Sequence record: PZ445134.1
Source of the DNA: a phage
DNA: 64,000 nucleotides
Reading direction: 5' to 3' (one strand)
Part shown: one piece after another, positions 23,196-33,306 of the stretch
Numbering within the stretch: position 1 is the first letter of the stretch
Layout of the letters: every line of letters begins with the position of its first letter
Notes under the pieces: generated by a model
The model's database searches: none
What the model saw: only the letters and a program-made list of their open reading frames with translations
What the model was told of the DNA's origin: nothing
Position numbers and translations under genes: made by a program

Positions 23196-24964
23196 AACCT
23201 GAAGAAATGAAATCCATGCGTAGAAATAAGGTCATTGCCGATAATAAACCACAAAAAGTAGCTGCAACAGCAGCTACTGATTCATTAGAAGCATTGAATA
23301 ACATTTCATCAAAACTAGACGATGTCCAAGCCGCGTCTGAACTCACATCACAAAGTGTAGAAGATAAAGGCAATGGAATTATTGAATCAATTGGAGACTT
23401 AAAGAATTCGACAGATAATACTGCTGAAGGCACAGAGCTTATCGCAGAAGTTATTGAAAAACAAACTGAAGTCACTAAAAGTATAAACGAAGTTTCTAGT
23501 GCAATAAGCTCTAAGTTAGACCGATTAGCTACATTATTAGAGCAAAAATTACAAACATCTACCGCTATTCAAAATACAGGAGGCACCTCTCTTGAAGTAA
23601 TTGAGAACGCAATACCTGTTAAAGTGGTTGAGAACGAAACTTCTGATGAGTTGTTTAAAGCATTACCTACACCTGAAAAGATTGATAATAAGCCAGACGA
23701 AGATTTCTTCCCAGCGCCGGTTCAAGAAAGCGCTAATTCTACTTCCGATTCTAAAGGTGGAATTAGTTTTAAATTGAGCGATAAAATTGCAATGCTCACC
23801 AAAACAGTTCAAACCGGGTTTAATAAATCAATATCAATTTCAGACAGAATTGCTGGAATGCTTTTCAAATACACTATAACGGCTGCTATTGAAGCAGCAA
23901 AAATGGCCGCACTTATTCTTGGTATTGTTATCGGTATTGATTTATTGATAGTCCATTTCAAATATTGGACAGACAAGTTCACTTCTGCCTGGGATTTATT
24001 TGATGAAAACTTTACTAAATTCTCTGATGAAGCTAAAGAGTGGGGTAAATTCTTAAGTGATATATTCACTTCTATTGACTCTATAAAACAATTGTGGGAA
24101 GCTGGAGACTGGGGTGGTTTAACCGTTGCTATTGTCAAAGGTGTAGGAACAGCATTAATGAACTTAGGTGAACTAATTCAATTAGGAATGGCTAAACTCT
24201 CTGCGTCTATATTGCGTGCTATAGGTTTTGGTGATACCGCGGACGAAATAGAAGGACGTGCTTTAGAAGGATTCCAAGAAACTACTGGGAACAAATTAAA
24301 GAAAGAAGACCAAGAGAAAGTCGCTAAATATCAAATGAAGCGTGACGATGGGGAATTAGGAACCGTTTCTAAAGGTCTTGATATGTTACAACGCGGCAAA
24401 ACATTCGTTACTAACTGGGTTCGTGGTAATGACAATAAAGAAGAGTTTAGTACAAGCGATGAGCGTGCCGCGGAATCGGCAAAATTAAAAGAGTTACCTG
24501 AAGAGGAGCGTAAAGAGGCGTATATAAAAGCTAATGAAACTCGTGCTGCACTAGTTAGATTTGAGGATTATATCGATAAAATCGATATGACTAATCCGGA
24601 AAATGCTAAAAACGTCGAGAAGTCTTATGCCGATTTAAGTAAACTTATTAAAGACCCTGAACTTAATAAAACTCCTGTTGTTAAAAAGGAATTAGATGCT
24701 AGATTTGAAAAGCTAAATAATAAAATGGCTGAAGCCAAAAAGGCTCAGACAACAGTTAAGCCTGAATCTTCGACTAAATCTCCTGAAGCAAAACAAGTTC
24801 AGTCAATAGAGAAAGGACGTGCTTCTGAATCTAAACAACAGCAACCGGTAGCGGCGATTAGTAACACAAATAATGTCGTCAAAAAGAATACCGTAGTCCA
24901 GAATATGACCCCTGTAACAAGTACAACGGCTCCTGGAATTTTCCATGCCACCGGTGTTAATTAA
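23192..24964 (+). CDS. 29: baseplate hub subunit / tail length determinator
   Basis: 590 aa, T4 gp29 size and position. Confidence 0.88.
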   Translation: MKPEEMKSMRRNKVIADNKPQKVAATAATDSLEALNNISSKLDDVQAASELTSQSVEDKGNGIIESIGDLKNSTDNTAEGTELIAEVIEKQTEVTKSINEVSSAISSKLDRLATLLEQKLQTSTAIQNTGGTSLEVIENAIPVKVVENETSDELFKALPTPEKIDNKPDEDFFPAPVQESANSTSDSKGGISFKLSDKIAMLTKTVQTGFNKSISISDRIAGMLFKYTITAAIEAAKMAALILGIVIGIDLLIVHFKYWTDKFTSAWDLFDENFTKFSDEAKEWGKFLSDIFTSIDSIKQLWEAGDWGGLTVAIVKGVGTALMNLGELIQLGMAKLSASILRAIGFGDTADEIEGRALEGFQETTGNKLKKEDQEKVAKYQMKRDDGELGTVSKGLDMLQRGKTFVTNWVRGNDNKEEFSTSDERAAESAKLKELPEEERKEAYIKANETRAALVRFEDYIDKIDMTNPENAKNVEKSYADLSKLIKDPELNKTPVVKKELDARFEKLNNKMAEAKKAQTTVKPESSTKSPEAKQVQSIEKGRASESKQQQPVAAISNTNNVVKKNTVVQNMTPVTSTTAPGIFHATGVN

Positions 24965-24972
24965 GGATTATT

Positions 24973-26082
24973 ATGATTAGTGTAAAAGAAATAGTAGTAG
25001 ATGCAAAGGATTTAAATAAAGCAATCCCAGTCTCAGAAAGTGCTGGGCAAAGCACTAAAACCGAAACAACTACTAAAACTTATGTTGCTCAATTTCCTAC
25101 AGGAAGAGCAGCCGGAAATGACTCCACAGGAGACTTCCAGGTAACAGATCTTTATAAGAATGGATTATTATTTACCGCGTACAATATGTCTGCACGCGAT
25201 TCAGGATCCCTCAGGAATTTACGTCCGGCATACGCCGGCACTTCATCTAATGGTATCATATCAGATTTAACTGATAATGTGAAAGATGCAGTGACTAAAT
25301 TCTCTAATGGGTTGCTTCCTGCCGGAGCTAATAAACCTACTATAAATAAAACTCCTGTTGCTAATATACTTTTGCCACGTTCCAAATCTGACGTTGATAC
25401 AACTTCACATCGTTTTAATGATATTGGTGATAGCCTTATTACTAAAGGTGGAGGTACTGCTACGGGTGTTTTAAGTAACATTGCTTCTACTGCAGTTTTT
25501 GGTGCATTAGATTCTATTACTCAAGGGCTTATGGCTGATAATAACGAACAGATTTATACGACTTCTCGTAGTATGTATGGCGGTGCTGAGAACCGTACTA
25601 AAGTCTTTACATGGGATTTAACTCCACGTTCAACTGAAGACCTTATGGCTATTATAAACATTTACCAGTATTTTAACTATTTCTCATATGGTGAGACCGG
25701 TAAATCACAGTACGCCCAAGAGATTAAAAGTTATTTAGACGAATGGTACCGTTCAACGTTTATTGAGCCTATGACACCTGATGATGCAGTAAAAAATAAG
25801 ACATTGTTTGAAAAGATTACTGCGTCATTAACAAATGTATTAGTTGTAAGCAACCCTACAATTTGGATGGTTAAAAACTTTGGTTATACGTCTAAATTTG
25901 ATGGATTAACTGACGTATTTGGCCCATGCCAAATTCAAAGCGTACGTTTTGATAAAACTCCAAATGGACAATTTAATGGTCTCGCTGTTGCTCCTAACTT
26001 ACCGTCAACATTTACGTTAGAGATAACAATGCGAGAAATTATTACATTAAACCGTTCTTCACTTTATGCGGGGACTTTCTAA
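24973..26082 (+). CDS. 48: baseplate tail tube cap
   Basis: 369 aa, T4 gp48 position. Confidence 0.85.
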   Translation: MISVKEIVVDAKDLNKAIPVSESAGQSTKTETTTKTYVAQFPTGRAAGNDSTGDFQVTDLYKNGLLFTAYNMSARDSGSLRNLRPAYAGTSSNGIISDLTDNVKDAVTKFSNGLLPAGANKPTINKTPVANILLPRSKSDVDTTSHRFNDIGDSLITKGGGTATGVLSNIASTAVFGALDSITQGLMADNNEQIYTTSRSMYGGAENRTKVFTWDLTPRSTEDLMAIINIYQYFNYFSYGETGKSQYAQEIKSYLDEWYRSTFIEPMTPDDAVKNKTLFEKITASLTNVLVVSNPTIWMVKNFGYTSKFDGLTDVFGPCQIQSVRFDKTPNGQFNGLAVAPNLPSTFTLEITMREIITLNRSSLYAGTF

Positions 26083-27044
26083 TGTACTCTTTAGAAGAAT
26101 TTAATAACCAAGCTATAAATGCAGATTTCCAACGAAACAATATGTTTAGTTGTGTATTTGCTACTACACCGTCGACTAAATCATCTTCACTAATTTCATC
26201 AATTGGTAGTTTTGCTTATAATAACTTAGGGTTGGATTCCGATTGGCTAGGATTGACTCAAGGTGATATCAATCAGGGCGTAACAACCCTGATTACAGCA
26301 GGAACACAGAAATTAATTCGAAAATCAGGTGTAAGTAAATATCTGATTGGAGCAATGAGTCAACGTACGGTACAAAGCTTGTTAGGCGAGTTCACAGTAG
26401 GATCTTATCTGATAGACTTCTTCAATATGGCATATAATAATACAGGTTTAATGATTTATTCTGTAAAAATGCCTGAGAACCGATTATCTTATGAAACGGA
26501 TTTCAACTATAACTCCCCGAACATCCGAATTACCGGCCGTGAAATGGACCCATTAGTAATAAGCTTTAGAATGGATTCCGAAGCATCTAACTTTAGAGCA
26601 ATGCAAGACTGGGTAAACTCAGTCCAAGACCCTGTAACAGGTCTTCGTGCTTTACCACAAGACGTCGAAGCAGATATTCAGGTTAATTTACATGCACGAA
26701 ATGGTTTACCACATACCGCTGTCATGTTCACCGGATGTATTCCTGTTAGTGTCTCTTCTCCTGAGTTAACGTATGACGGTGATAATCAGATAACAGTTTT
26801 TGATGTAACATTTGCTTATCGCGTTATGCAATCAGGTGCCGTAAATAGACAGGCTGCTTTAGAATGGCTGGAATCAGGACTTATTAGTAGTGTTTCAGGA
26901 ATGTTTGGAAATAACCAGAATGATTCTGGCCTAGGAAGCGCAGTATCAAGACTTTCTAGATTAGGTGGGACTGCTGGAGGTGTGTCTAATATAAACACAT
27001 TGACAGGTGTGGTGAATTCTACGTCAAGAGTTTTAGGACTATAA
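26082..27044 (+). CDS. 54: baseplate tail tube initiator
   Basis: 320 aa, T4 gp54 size and position. Confidence 0.85.
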   Translation: MYSLEEFNNQAINADFQRNNMFSCVFATTPSTKSSSLISSIGSFAYNNLGLDSDWLGLTQGDINQGVTTLITAGTQKLIRKSGVSKYLIGAMSQRTVQSLLGEFTVGSYLIDFFNMAYNNTGLMIYSVKMPENRLSYETDFNYNSPNIRITGREMDPLVISFRMDSEASNFRAMQDWVNSVQDPVTGLRALPQDVEADIQVNLHARNGLPHTAVMFTGCIPVSVSSPELTYDGDNQITVFDVTFAYRVMQSGAVNRQAALEWLESGLISSVSGMFGNNQNDSGLGSAVSRLSRLGGTAGGVSNINTLTGVVNSTSRVLGL

Positions 27045-27053
27045 GGAAAAAAA

Positions 27054-27070
27054 AGGGAGACAACGTCTCC
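27054..27070. terminator. bidirectional stem-loop between convergent genes 54 and the alt-proximal ORF
   Basis: gggagacaacgtctccc, perfect 7-bp stem, flanked by A/T runs. Confidence 0.45.
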
Positions 27071-27080
27071 CTTTAGGGGT

Positions 27081-27374
27081 TTATTTACGGAATGAAAGGA
27101 ATGCTGGTGCTCGGAATGGAGTATCATCTTTAGAGTATTTAACTAATACGACCATTGGTACCTCTGTTTCTAAATGACCTGTCACTACACCGATAAAAAT
27201 TTGATCAGTGTGCTCAGGGTCACGAAAGTTTTTAAGAGGTTCCATAGCAATATGGAATGCACCTGGGAATACTCGATTCAATTCGTCAATCACAGCTTCG
27301 TTAAAAGCATCATCCGCTGGGATAACATCTTCAACTACTAGTTCTTGACCATTAAAGCGAAGCATAGATTTCAT
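27081..27374 (-). CDS. hypothetical protein downstream of alt
   Basis: ORF with probable start MKSMLRFNGQ at 27374; early-promoter motif upstream. Confidence 0.5.
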   Translation of the reverse strand: MKSMLRFNGQELVVEDVIPADDAFNEAVIDELNRVFPGAFHIAMEPLKNFRDPEHTDQIFIGVVTGHLETEVPMVVLVKYSKDDTPFRAPAFLSFRK

Positions 27375-27401
27375 AACGTTTTCCTCATGTTGTTGATGGG
27401 A

Positions 27402-27433
27402 TGATAGTATCACACATCCATGTGTTTGTAAAC
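27402..27433 (-). promoter_or_regulatory. sigma70-type early promoter (GTTTAC ... TGATACTAT)
   Basis: + strand atgatagtat ... gtaaac overlapping the alt stop codon. Confidence 0.4.
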
Positions 27434-29520
27434 TATCCTTGGACAAATTTAAACGGAACTGATTCTAAATCCATTAAAGATGCTAACAATTTCAATCCTT
27501 TAGGAGCACTAGTTTTTTCTACAAATGAGGAGAACGATACCGGCTCATCCGATTCGATTTCACCAGTCATAGCAACCACCTCGCCTGTTTCCATGAGAAC
27601 ATCACCATCGTAAATGACAGCTTCATCCAACTGGTCCGAGGACATGACTTCAGCTTGAATAAATTTAAGGTTGGATTCTAAACCTGCACCAGTGTCAGAT
27701 GACGCATCTGTGATTTTATTTATCTGCAAGAGAATGCCTCTAGGCAAAATAATTTCTTGCTCGTTAGGGTGATTACTCAACTGTCCAGGATAAATCACGT
27801 TAACTTTATGGGCGCCATCAATAGCCCATCCAACGTTAACACGGATTTGTTCTGGTGCATGCATAGCTGTTCTTACTTGACTAGGAGAAATAGTAACACC
27901 TTCGTCGTTATTATCAATGTTAAGCTCTTTGCGAACTTCTTCAGGAGCAAGTCCAAGGGCAACGTTCTCTTTAAACCCGCCGAAAATAATAGGAGCTAGT
28001 GAAGTGGAAACATAGTTTCTGAAGTAGAATACCTTATTTTTAACCATTGCTTCGTAAATAGGCATTCTGATAGACTGAGCTCTATATAACGTTAGTCCTT
28101 CAGGTAAACGGTCTCCATTTAAAAACGCTGAATCAAGACCATCAATAGCGCGTTTAACTTCACCTTCATCTGCAACATCGTAAAAATCTGGTTTATAACG
28201 ACCTAACAACATATTATTGATATCGGTATACGCAGAAGAGGCATATTCACGAATAGCTCGTTTTTCAGCAACAGAGTATTGTTTAGGGTCCCGATTCATT
28301 GTTATATTAAAGGTGCCTCTAGCCGATTCTCGTGCATAAGTATACATCACATTAGACAAGAACGCTGATTTACGTTGTTTCCAAGTTTTTTCAGATACTT
28401 CAGCTAAAACGTCGTCGGCCAGTTGGAAATTATCACGTCTAAAATCTTCAAACCATTCGTCTTTAATAGAGTCTGCAATTTCATTTGCAGCTTCAACAAA
28501 AGCAGCTAATGCTTTAACAGATGTTGTTTTTTCAGTTTTAATTTTCTTAGCAAACTTTTCTAAAGTTGGCTTAATAATACTACCATAAGAAACTTCATCA
28601 GCAAATCTAAAGGATTCATCAATACGATTATAAATCTTATTTTCGATATCAGCAACTAAAGTGCCTTTTGCAGTGGACGATGCTTGGGCTAGTACGATTT
28701 CATATGCTTCAGGAAGTAATTCGGCTGTAGCTGGGCCGCTAACTTCTTTAGCGGAATTTTCGTATTTCTGGAATAACTCACCTTCTTGGCGGTCAGCTTC
28801 TAAAGATTGACTTGCTGCAATAGCACGACGAGAAATTTTAGTACGAGCAATAACAGGCTTATCTTTACGTTTTTCTTCTACAGCAGCAATAGAACCAGCG
28901 ATAGCCGTTTCTTTGGTGACCTTTTCGCCAGTCTTTTTACTCACATAAACTTCGCCAACATCAGAATCTACTTTCGTGTACAACTCTGTGTTAATGTTAG
29001 GGATGCCTTTAATATCTTCAATGTTGGCATTTTTACGAACCATCATCACATAGGTGTGTTTACCTGTGAATTGATACATTGCCGACAATACTTTAAAACG
29101 ACCACCGGTTTTAGTAGAAACTAAACGAGCAAGAAGAGTTTGAAGTTGTTGTCCGCGTCCTTTCAATTTCTTTGTAGGGAATCGGAACAGAACTGCATCC
29201 ATACGAAGAGCTTTAACTTGTTCATATACTGTATTGAAAATGGTGTTGATTGCATCAATAGGAGCAGGACCAAGGCCATTTTTCAATTCAGCGAGATTAC
29301 CCTTTTCAGACAGACTCATAATAACAACATGAGCGTATTTGTCGCCAAGTTTAACTTGTTTTACAGCATCGCCTTCAGAAAGGTAAGAGAATAAGCGAAC
29401 TACGATGTTTGTATCAATATCACCAATTTTCCAGACTTGTGGAACTTTAGCTTTAGGGTTCAAATTGACGACAGGAAGGCTGCCTTCAGATTCAAACACT
29501 TCATTTAATTGTTCAGACAT
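27433..29520 (-). CDS. alt: ADP-ribosyltransferase Alt-like (packaged RNA polymerase-modifying enzyme)
   Basis: 695 aa; C-terminal ART signature: R in LYRAQ, STS in YVSTSL, E-x-E in NEQEIILPRG; T4 alt position between 54 and 30. Confidence 0.8.
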   Translation of the reverse strand: MSEQLNEVFESEGSLPVVNLNPKAKVPQVWKIGDIDTNIVVRLFSYLSEGDAVKQVKLGDKYAHVVIMSLSEKGNLAELKNGLGPAPIDAINTIFNTVYEQVKALRMDAVLFRFPTKKLKGRGQQLQTLLARLVSTKTGGRFKVLSAMYQFTGKHTYVMMVRKNANIEDIKGIPNINTELYTKVDSDVGEVYVSKKTGEKVTKETAIAGSIAAVEEKRKDKPVIARTKISRRAIAASQSLEADRQEGELFQKYENSAKEVSGPATAELLPEAYEIVLAQASSTAKGTLVADIENKIYNRIDESFRFADEVSYGSIIKPTLEKFAKKIKTEKTTSVKALAAFVEAANEIADSIKDEWFEDFRRDNFQLADDVLAEVSEKTWKQRKSAFLSNVMYTYARESARGTFNITMNRDPKQYSVAEKRAIREYASSAYTDINNMLLGRYKPDFYDVADEGEVKRAIDGLDSAFLNGDRLPEGLTLYRAQSIRMPIYEAMVKNKVFYFRNYVSTSLAPIIFGGFKENVALGLAPEEVRKELNIDNNDEGVTISPSQVRTAMHAPEQIRVNVGWAIDGAHKVNVIYPGQLSNHPNEQEIILPRGILLQINKITDASSDTGAGLESNLKFIQAEVMSSDQLDEAVIYDGDVLMETGEVVAMTGEIESDEPVSFSSFVEKTSAPKGLKLLASLMDLESVPFKFVQG

Positions 29521-29560
29521 AGTGTTTTCCTTTTAGTAATAATTTATATTTATGCCAAAA

Positions 29561-29576
29561 AGAGCCCGAAGGCTCT
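29561..29576 (-). terminator. UUCG-tetraloop hairpin upstream of alt
   Basis: agagcccgaaggctct reads AGAGCC-UUCG-GGCUCU on the - strand. Confidence 0.4.
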
Positions 29577-29764
29577 TAATCCACAATCGGGAGCAAAGTA
29601 CGATAAACTTCAAAATTAGGGCCTTTTTCGTACCCATTAACGTTATCTACGAAAACCCGATACGAATTTTCATTAGGAAAATCTAATATAATCTGAGAGC
29701 AAGAGGTGGAAACATCTCCACCATCCTTCTTAGCTACAATAACTGTTTCTAAATAAGCTTTCAT
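29576..29764 (-). CDS. hypothetical protein
   Basis: 62-aa ORF from MKAYLETVIV, UAAUG overlap with the DNA ligase stop. Confidence 0.5.
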   Translation of the reverse strand: MKAYLETVIVAKKDGGDVSTSCSQIILDFPNENSYRVFVDNVNGYEKGPNFEVYRTLLPIVD

Positions 29765-31257
29765 TATAAACCTGTCTGGGACCACGGTCCAAATACGTCT
29801 TCAAATGAATCCGCTTCTGTTTTATCAAAACGGAACCCTTTAATAATTGGAAGGAAAATACCTACAGTGCCTTCACGGCCTTTAGAATGAACCCAACCAT
29901 TACATTCACAATCAGCGATACGTCCAATTAATTTACCTTCACGAGCTTCGGTCATTAATCGTTCACGGTCTAAATCATGACGCTCGTCTAAAGGAATAAG
30001 AACCTTTACACCGTCAACTGTTTTATGAGATGTATCTTTAAAACCTGAACCACAATCGGTTGTAATACGACGACAACGTGATACGAGTTCGACACCACCT
30101 AATTTGTTAGGGTCTTTAGAGTGTTCATAGTATCCTACAACTTCTAAAGCGATATCAATAACTTCTTTAAATTTAATTAGGTTCTTAGAGCGTTTGTTTT
30201 CCCAATATGAATCACGGTTTTTAAGGATAATACCTTCAAGACCTTGGTCAACATATTTTTTATAAACCACTTTAGCTTCGTCAAGATTACGAACTAACTG
30301 ATTTTCAATTGGCTCAATTCGCTTAAAGCCTTCAGCCATATTTTCAAGAGCAGCAAAACGAACATCGTATTTCTGACCTTTAATTTTGCCATCAGAATAG
30401 ACTTCATCTAAAGGAACATAGTCCCAGGCTTGAAGAACCATACCTTCCGCTTCTTTAGGAGAAATAGTCCCTTGAAGAGATTTATTTGCTAAACCGTTTG
30501 AAGTGCTACGGTCTGCAACTTGTACTTCTTCAGATTCTTCATTATCACCAAATAAGAACGACAGATCATTTCCTGAGCTCACAGCCTTTTTAATATCGAA
30601 TGAATGATAAACTAATTCACCATCGATTAAAACCCCATTAGGGTGTCTTTCACGAGCTTCTTTAGTCATTTCCATTAGTTCATCCGCTAATAGAGTAAGA
30701 CCATGATATTCGTTACCGGCACGAGAAAAGAATTGAACACCACCATCGCGAACTTCAGCGAAACAACGAGCACCATCTGCTTTTAATTGGGCAAATGCAG
30801 GCCATTTAATATTTTTAGTAATCAATTTCTCATCATATGCAGATGCTAACATCTGTGGTTGCAATTGAATAAGTCCAGGCCACACCTTATTTGCGATAGA
30901 CACTGAAGCACCTACTTCAAGGTCGCGCATCATTACACGACGAAGGACTTCTACATCATCAGGTTTACCATCAGCGATATAACCCATGAGCTCTTTAATT
31001 GCAGCATTACCAGTGAGTTTACGAGTGGCTAATGTGAACTCAATAAAATCCAACATGTCATCTAATTCAAGAAGTCCATACGCTTGAGACCTTTCACCTG
31101 GTCCCGGCCATTTCTTAATATAATACTGGATACCACGTGCATATGTTAAACGATACACACGTTCAAGTAATTTGTTGTCCTTATTTTTCTTAAGGATTTC
31201 TTGTTTTGTTTTAGTAGAACCGATCGCAGCTATTTGGTTTAAAATATCTAAAATCAT
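29764..31257 (-). CDS. 30: ATP-dependent DNA ligase
   Basis: 497 aa; adenylation lysine motif KADGAR; T4 gp30-like throughout. Confidence 0.95.
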   Translation of the reverse strand: MILDILNQIAAIGSTKTKQEILKKNKDNKLLERVYRLTYARGIQYYIKKWPGPGERSQAYGLLELDDMLDFIEFTLATRKLTGNAAIKELMGYIADGKPDDVEVLRRVMMRDLEVGASVSIANKVWPGLIQLQPQMLASAYDEKLITKNIKWPAFAQLKADGARCFAEVRDGGVQFFSRAGNEYHGLTLLADELMEMTKEARERHPNGVLIDGELVYHSFDIKKAVSSGNDLSFLFGDNEESEEVQVADRSTSNGLANKSLQGTISPKEAEGMVLQAWDYVPLDEVYSDGKIKGQKYDVRFAALENMAEGFKRIEPIENQLVRNLDEAKVVYKKYVDQGLEGIILKNRDSYWENKRSKNLIKFKEVIDIALEVVGYYEHSKDPNKLGGVELVSRCRRITTDCGSGFKDTSHKTVDGVKVLIPLDERHDLDRERLMTEAREGKLIGRIADCECNGWVHSKGREGTVGIFLPIIKGFRFDKTEADSFEDVFGPWSQTGL

Positions 31258-31523
31258 TTGATGTCCTCGATTTTGGTTACGGTTCTATTATAAGCCACTT
31301 CATCTAGAAGCGATTTCAGCGTTTTCTGATAAGTGGTAATCCGTTTACCGAGACCTTCAACATAATATTCTGAAATGTAGATGAACCCTTGTTCAACACA
31401 CTCTTTAAATATTTCTGCGTCTTTTACTGAACGAAACATTGGCCAGTCTCGAAAGAACATGTTAACGTGACCGTAGTCACGCGTTGTGTTTTTGCCATCT
31501 GTAATATCATGAACTACAAACAT
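31254..31523 (-). CDS. hypothetical protein (30.1-like)
   Basis: 89-aa ORF in conserved position. Confidence 0.6.
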   Translation of the reverse strand: MFVVHDITDGKNTTRDYGHVNMFFRDWPMFRSVKDAEIFKECVEQGFIYISEYYVEGLGKRITTYQKTLKSLLDEVAYNRTVTKIEDIK

Positions 31524-31532
31524 AATTAACCC

Positions 31533-32348
31533 TTAACAATTTATAGACCAAGTCCATTTAGACGAATCTAAAGGAAAGTTTTGAATCGTCCACCATGGCT
31601 GCATATTGGTTGGTCCTGGGGTTCGCCAGGTATACGGATTCGACGGACCGCCAATTTGATTAGGCCATGCACCTGGACTTGTTGTACCAGATTCTTTAAG
31701 CAAATCCGCCAATCGTTTTAAAAGGTCTTCACGATCTGAATCTGAATTATGCTCGGGTGGAACCAAACGAGATTCAATATCATCCCACGTGTGTACACGT
31801 TGTGCAGTACGAGGAATGGCATCACGTTCACCACGAGCCAACCAATAAATCGGTACATTAAGAATTTCTGCTGCATGGTCACAGTGATGAGCTAAATCGT
31901 CAACGTAACAAATCACGTTATATTTTGTTTTAGCTAGTTCGAATAATTGTTCCTTTGAAGAATCATGACCACACATCATTACTTCAGAGAAAGCGCCTGG
32001 GAACAAAGCATTCAAATTAAATTGTCTATTCAATCGAGCATCAATTGAATCACCTAGCGCCGTCACAGCTACAAAATTATAGTCTTCTTTTAGTTTATTG
32101 ATAACACGAAGAGCATCCGAATAAGGCGCTAAGTAACGAATAAAATCAGAGCGATTATATTTTTCTATTAATTGTTTACCGAGGTTATCGTCGGTATTGA
32201 ATAGTTTACCAGGAGAAATAAATTTTTCGTCCTGAATCATTTTTAAAATATGTTCTAATGGAAGATTATATTTTTGGGCAAAATAAGGAAGTCCAGATTG
32301 CCAGCTTAAACATACACCATCAATATCAGTCAAAATAGTAGGTTTCAT
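31533..32348 (-). CDS. HAD-superfamily hydrolase-like protein (30.2-like)
   Basis: N-terminal DxD motif ILTDIDGV typical of HAD phosphatases/5'-nucleotidases; Trp/Pro-rich C-terminal tail. Confidence 0.6.
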   Translation of the reverse strand: MKPTILTDIDGVCLSWQSGLPYFAQKYNLPLEHILKMIQDEKFISPGKLFNTDDNLGKQLIEKYNRSDFIRYLAPYSDALRVINKLKEDYNFVAVTALGDSIDARLNRQFNLNALFPGAFSEVMMCGHDSSKEQLFELAKTKYNVICYVDDLAHHCDHAAEILNVPIYWLARGERDAIPRTAQRVHTWDDIESRLVPPEHNSDSDREDLLKRLADLLKESGTTSPGAWPNQIGGPSNPYTWRTPGPTNMQPWWTIQNFPLDSSKWTWSINC

Positions 32349-32797
32349 AAAGAGTCTCTTAATAGGTTTAACACATCAATAAATTCAGCTTCGGTTAGTA
32401 TTGTATCATCTTTTGTTAGGTGGCTGGCCATGCTGTGCTTCAAAATTTTTCCTTTAGAGGCTTGTAAGGCATCACGAAACCCCTTGTTTTGGATCGCGGC
32501 TTCAAAATATGCATTTGTGTATAATTCTTTCCACGCTTCGGAGTATCTTGAAAATGGAACTCCTAACCAGAAGAGAGTCCCACGGTCCTGAGCTCTTGCA
32601 TAAGACCTTCCGGCTTGCTGTGCAGCCAATCCAGACAACCTAAATATACGTTTTTGTTGTTCAACATTTTTCACCTTACATCCTTGGAGAAATCCTTCAA
32701 GTCCTCCGAATTGAATACCATCCATAACAAAAGGCCATTGAGCAAAGTTACTTAATGCACATGACGGCCATGGAAAATTGCTTCTGATTTCAATCAT
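32345..32797 (-). CDS. NADAR/YbiA-like domain protein (30.3-like)
   Basis: 150 aa; LSNFAQWPFVMDGIQF...GFLQGCKV resembles the NADAR (YbiA-like) fold signature. Confidence 0.5.
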   Translation of the reverse strand: MIEIRSNFPWPSCALSNFAQWPFVMDGIQFGGLEGFLQGCKVKNVEQQKRIFRLSGLAAQQAGRSYARAQDRGTLFWLGVPFSRYSEAWKELYTNAYFEAAIQNKGFRDALQASKGKILKHSMASHLTKDDTILTEAEFIDVLNLLRDSL

Positions 32798-32988
32798 AGT
32801 CTTTTAAGGCTTTTGATAATTTCTAATTCAGAACTCATGCGAACGTCTTCAGTTCCATCGACCCATAGGACGGTGTAGGCTTCTTTAATTTGAGTATTAC
32901 CTAATTTAAAAGCAGGTAGAACCTTTGAAATCATTCCAGGAATACCTATGCCTTTTAACTGGACCGTTTGCGATAAAAATAGTTGCAT
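32794..32988 (-). CDS. hypothetical protein
   Basis: 64-aa ORF with 4-nt overlaps on both sides. Confidence 0.5.
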   Translation of the reverse strand: MQLFLSQTVQLKGIGIPGMISKVLPAFKLGNTQIKEAYTVLWVDGTEDVRMSSELEIIKSLKRL

Positions 32989-33275
32989 TAGAACCTCATC
33001 TGGAAACCGTGTGATTTAACATTACCACCGTAGATGTCAGAGGTGTTGACTTCACGGGCGGCACTAGGGTCGATATTGATATCGTGGTTGAGCTTAGTGA
33101 TTGCTAAGGTATCACGACCGTTAACAGTACGGAATTCTACCGGGCATACAACATCAGCATAAGCCTTAATAGATTCACGAGTAGGTTGTTTGTCGGCAGG
33201 AACGTCTTTACCTGCTTTAGAGAAAACAACTTCACAGAAATTTTTACGAGTATCGAAATAAGTGGTCATAAACAT
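32988..33275 (-). CDS. hypothetical protein
   Basis: start chosen at MFMTTYFD (GAGGAAA Shine-Dalgarno upstream); the longer track ORF would run through a terminator hairpin. Confidence 0.5.
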   Translation of the reverse strand: MFMTTYFDTRKNFCEVVFSKAGKDVPADKQPTRESIKAYADVVCPVEFRTVNGRDTLAITKLNHDINIDPSAAREVNTSDIYGGNVKSHGFQMRF

Positions 33276-33290
33276 AATATTTTCCTCAAA

Positions 33291-33306
33291 GGAGGCCGAA
33301 GCCTCC
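33291..33306 (-). terminator. UUCG-tetraloop hairpin
   Basis: ggaggccgaagcctcc reads GGAGGC-UUCG-GCCUCC on the - strand, followed by U-tract. Confidence 0.45.
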
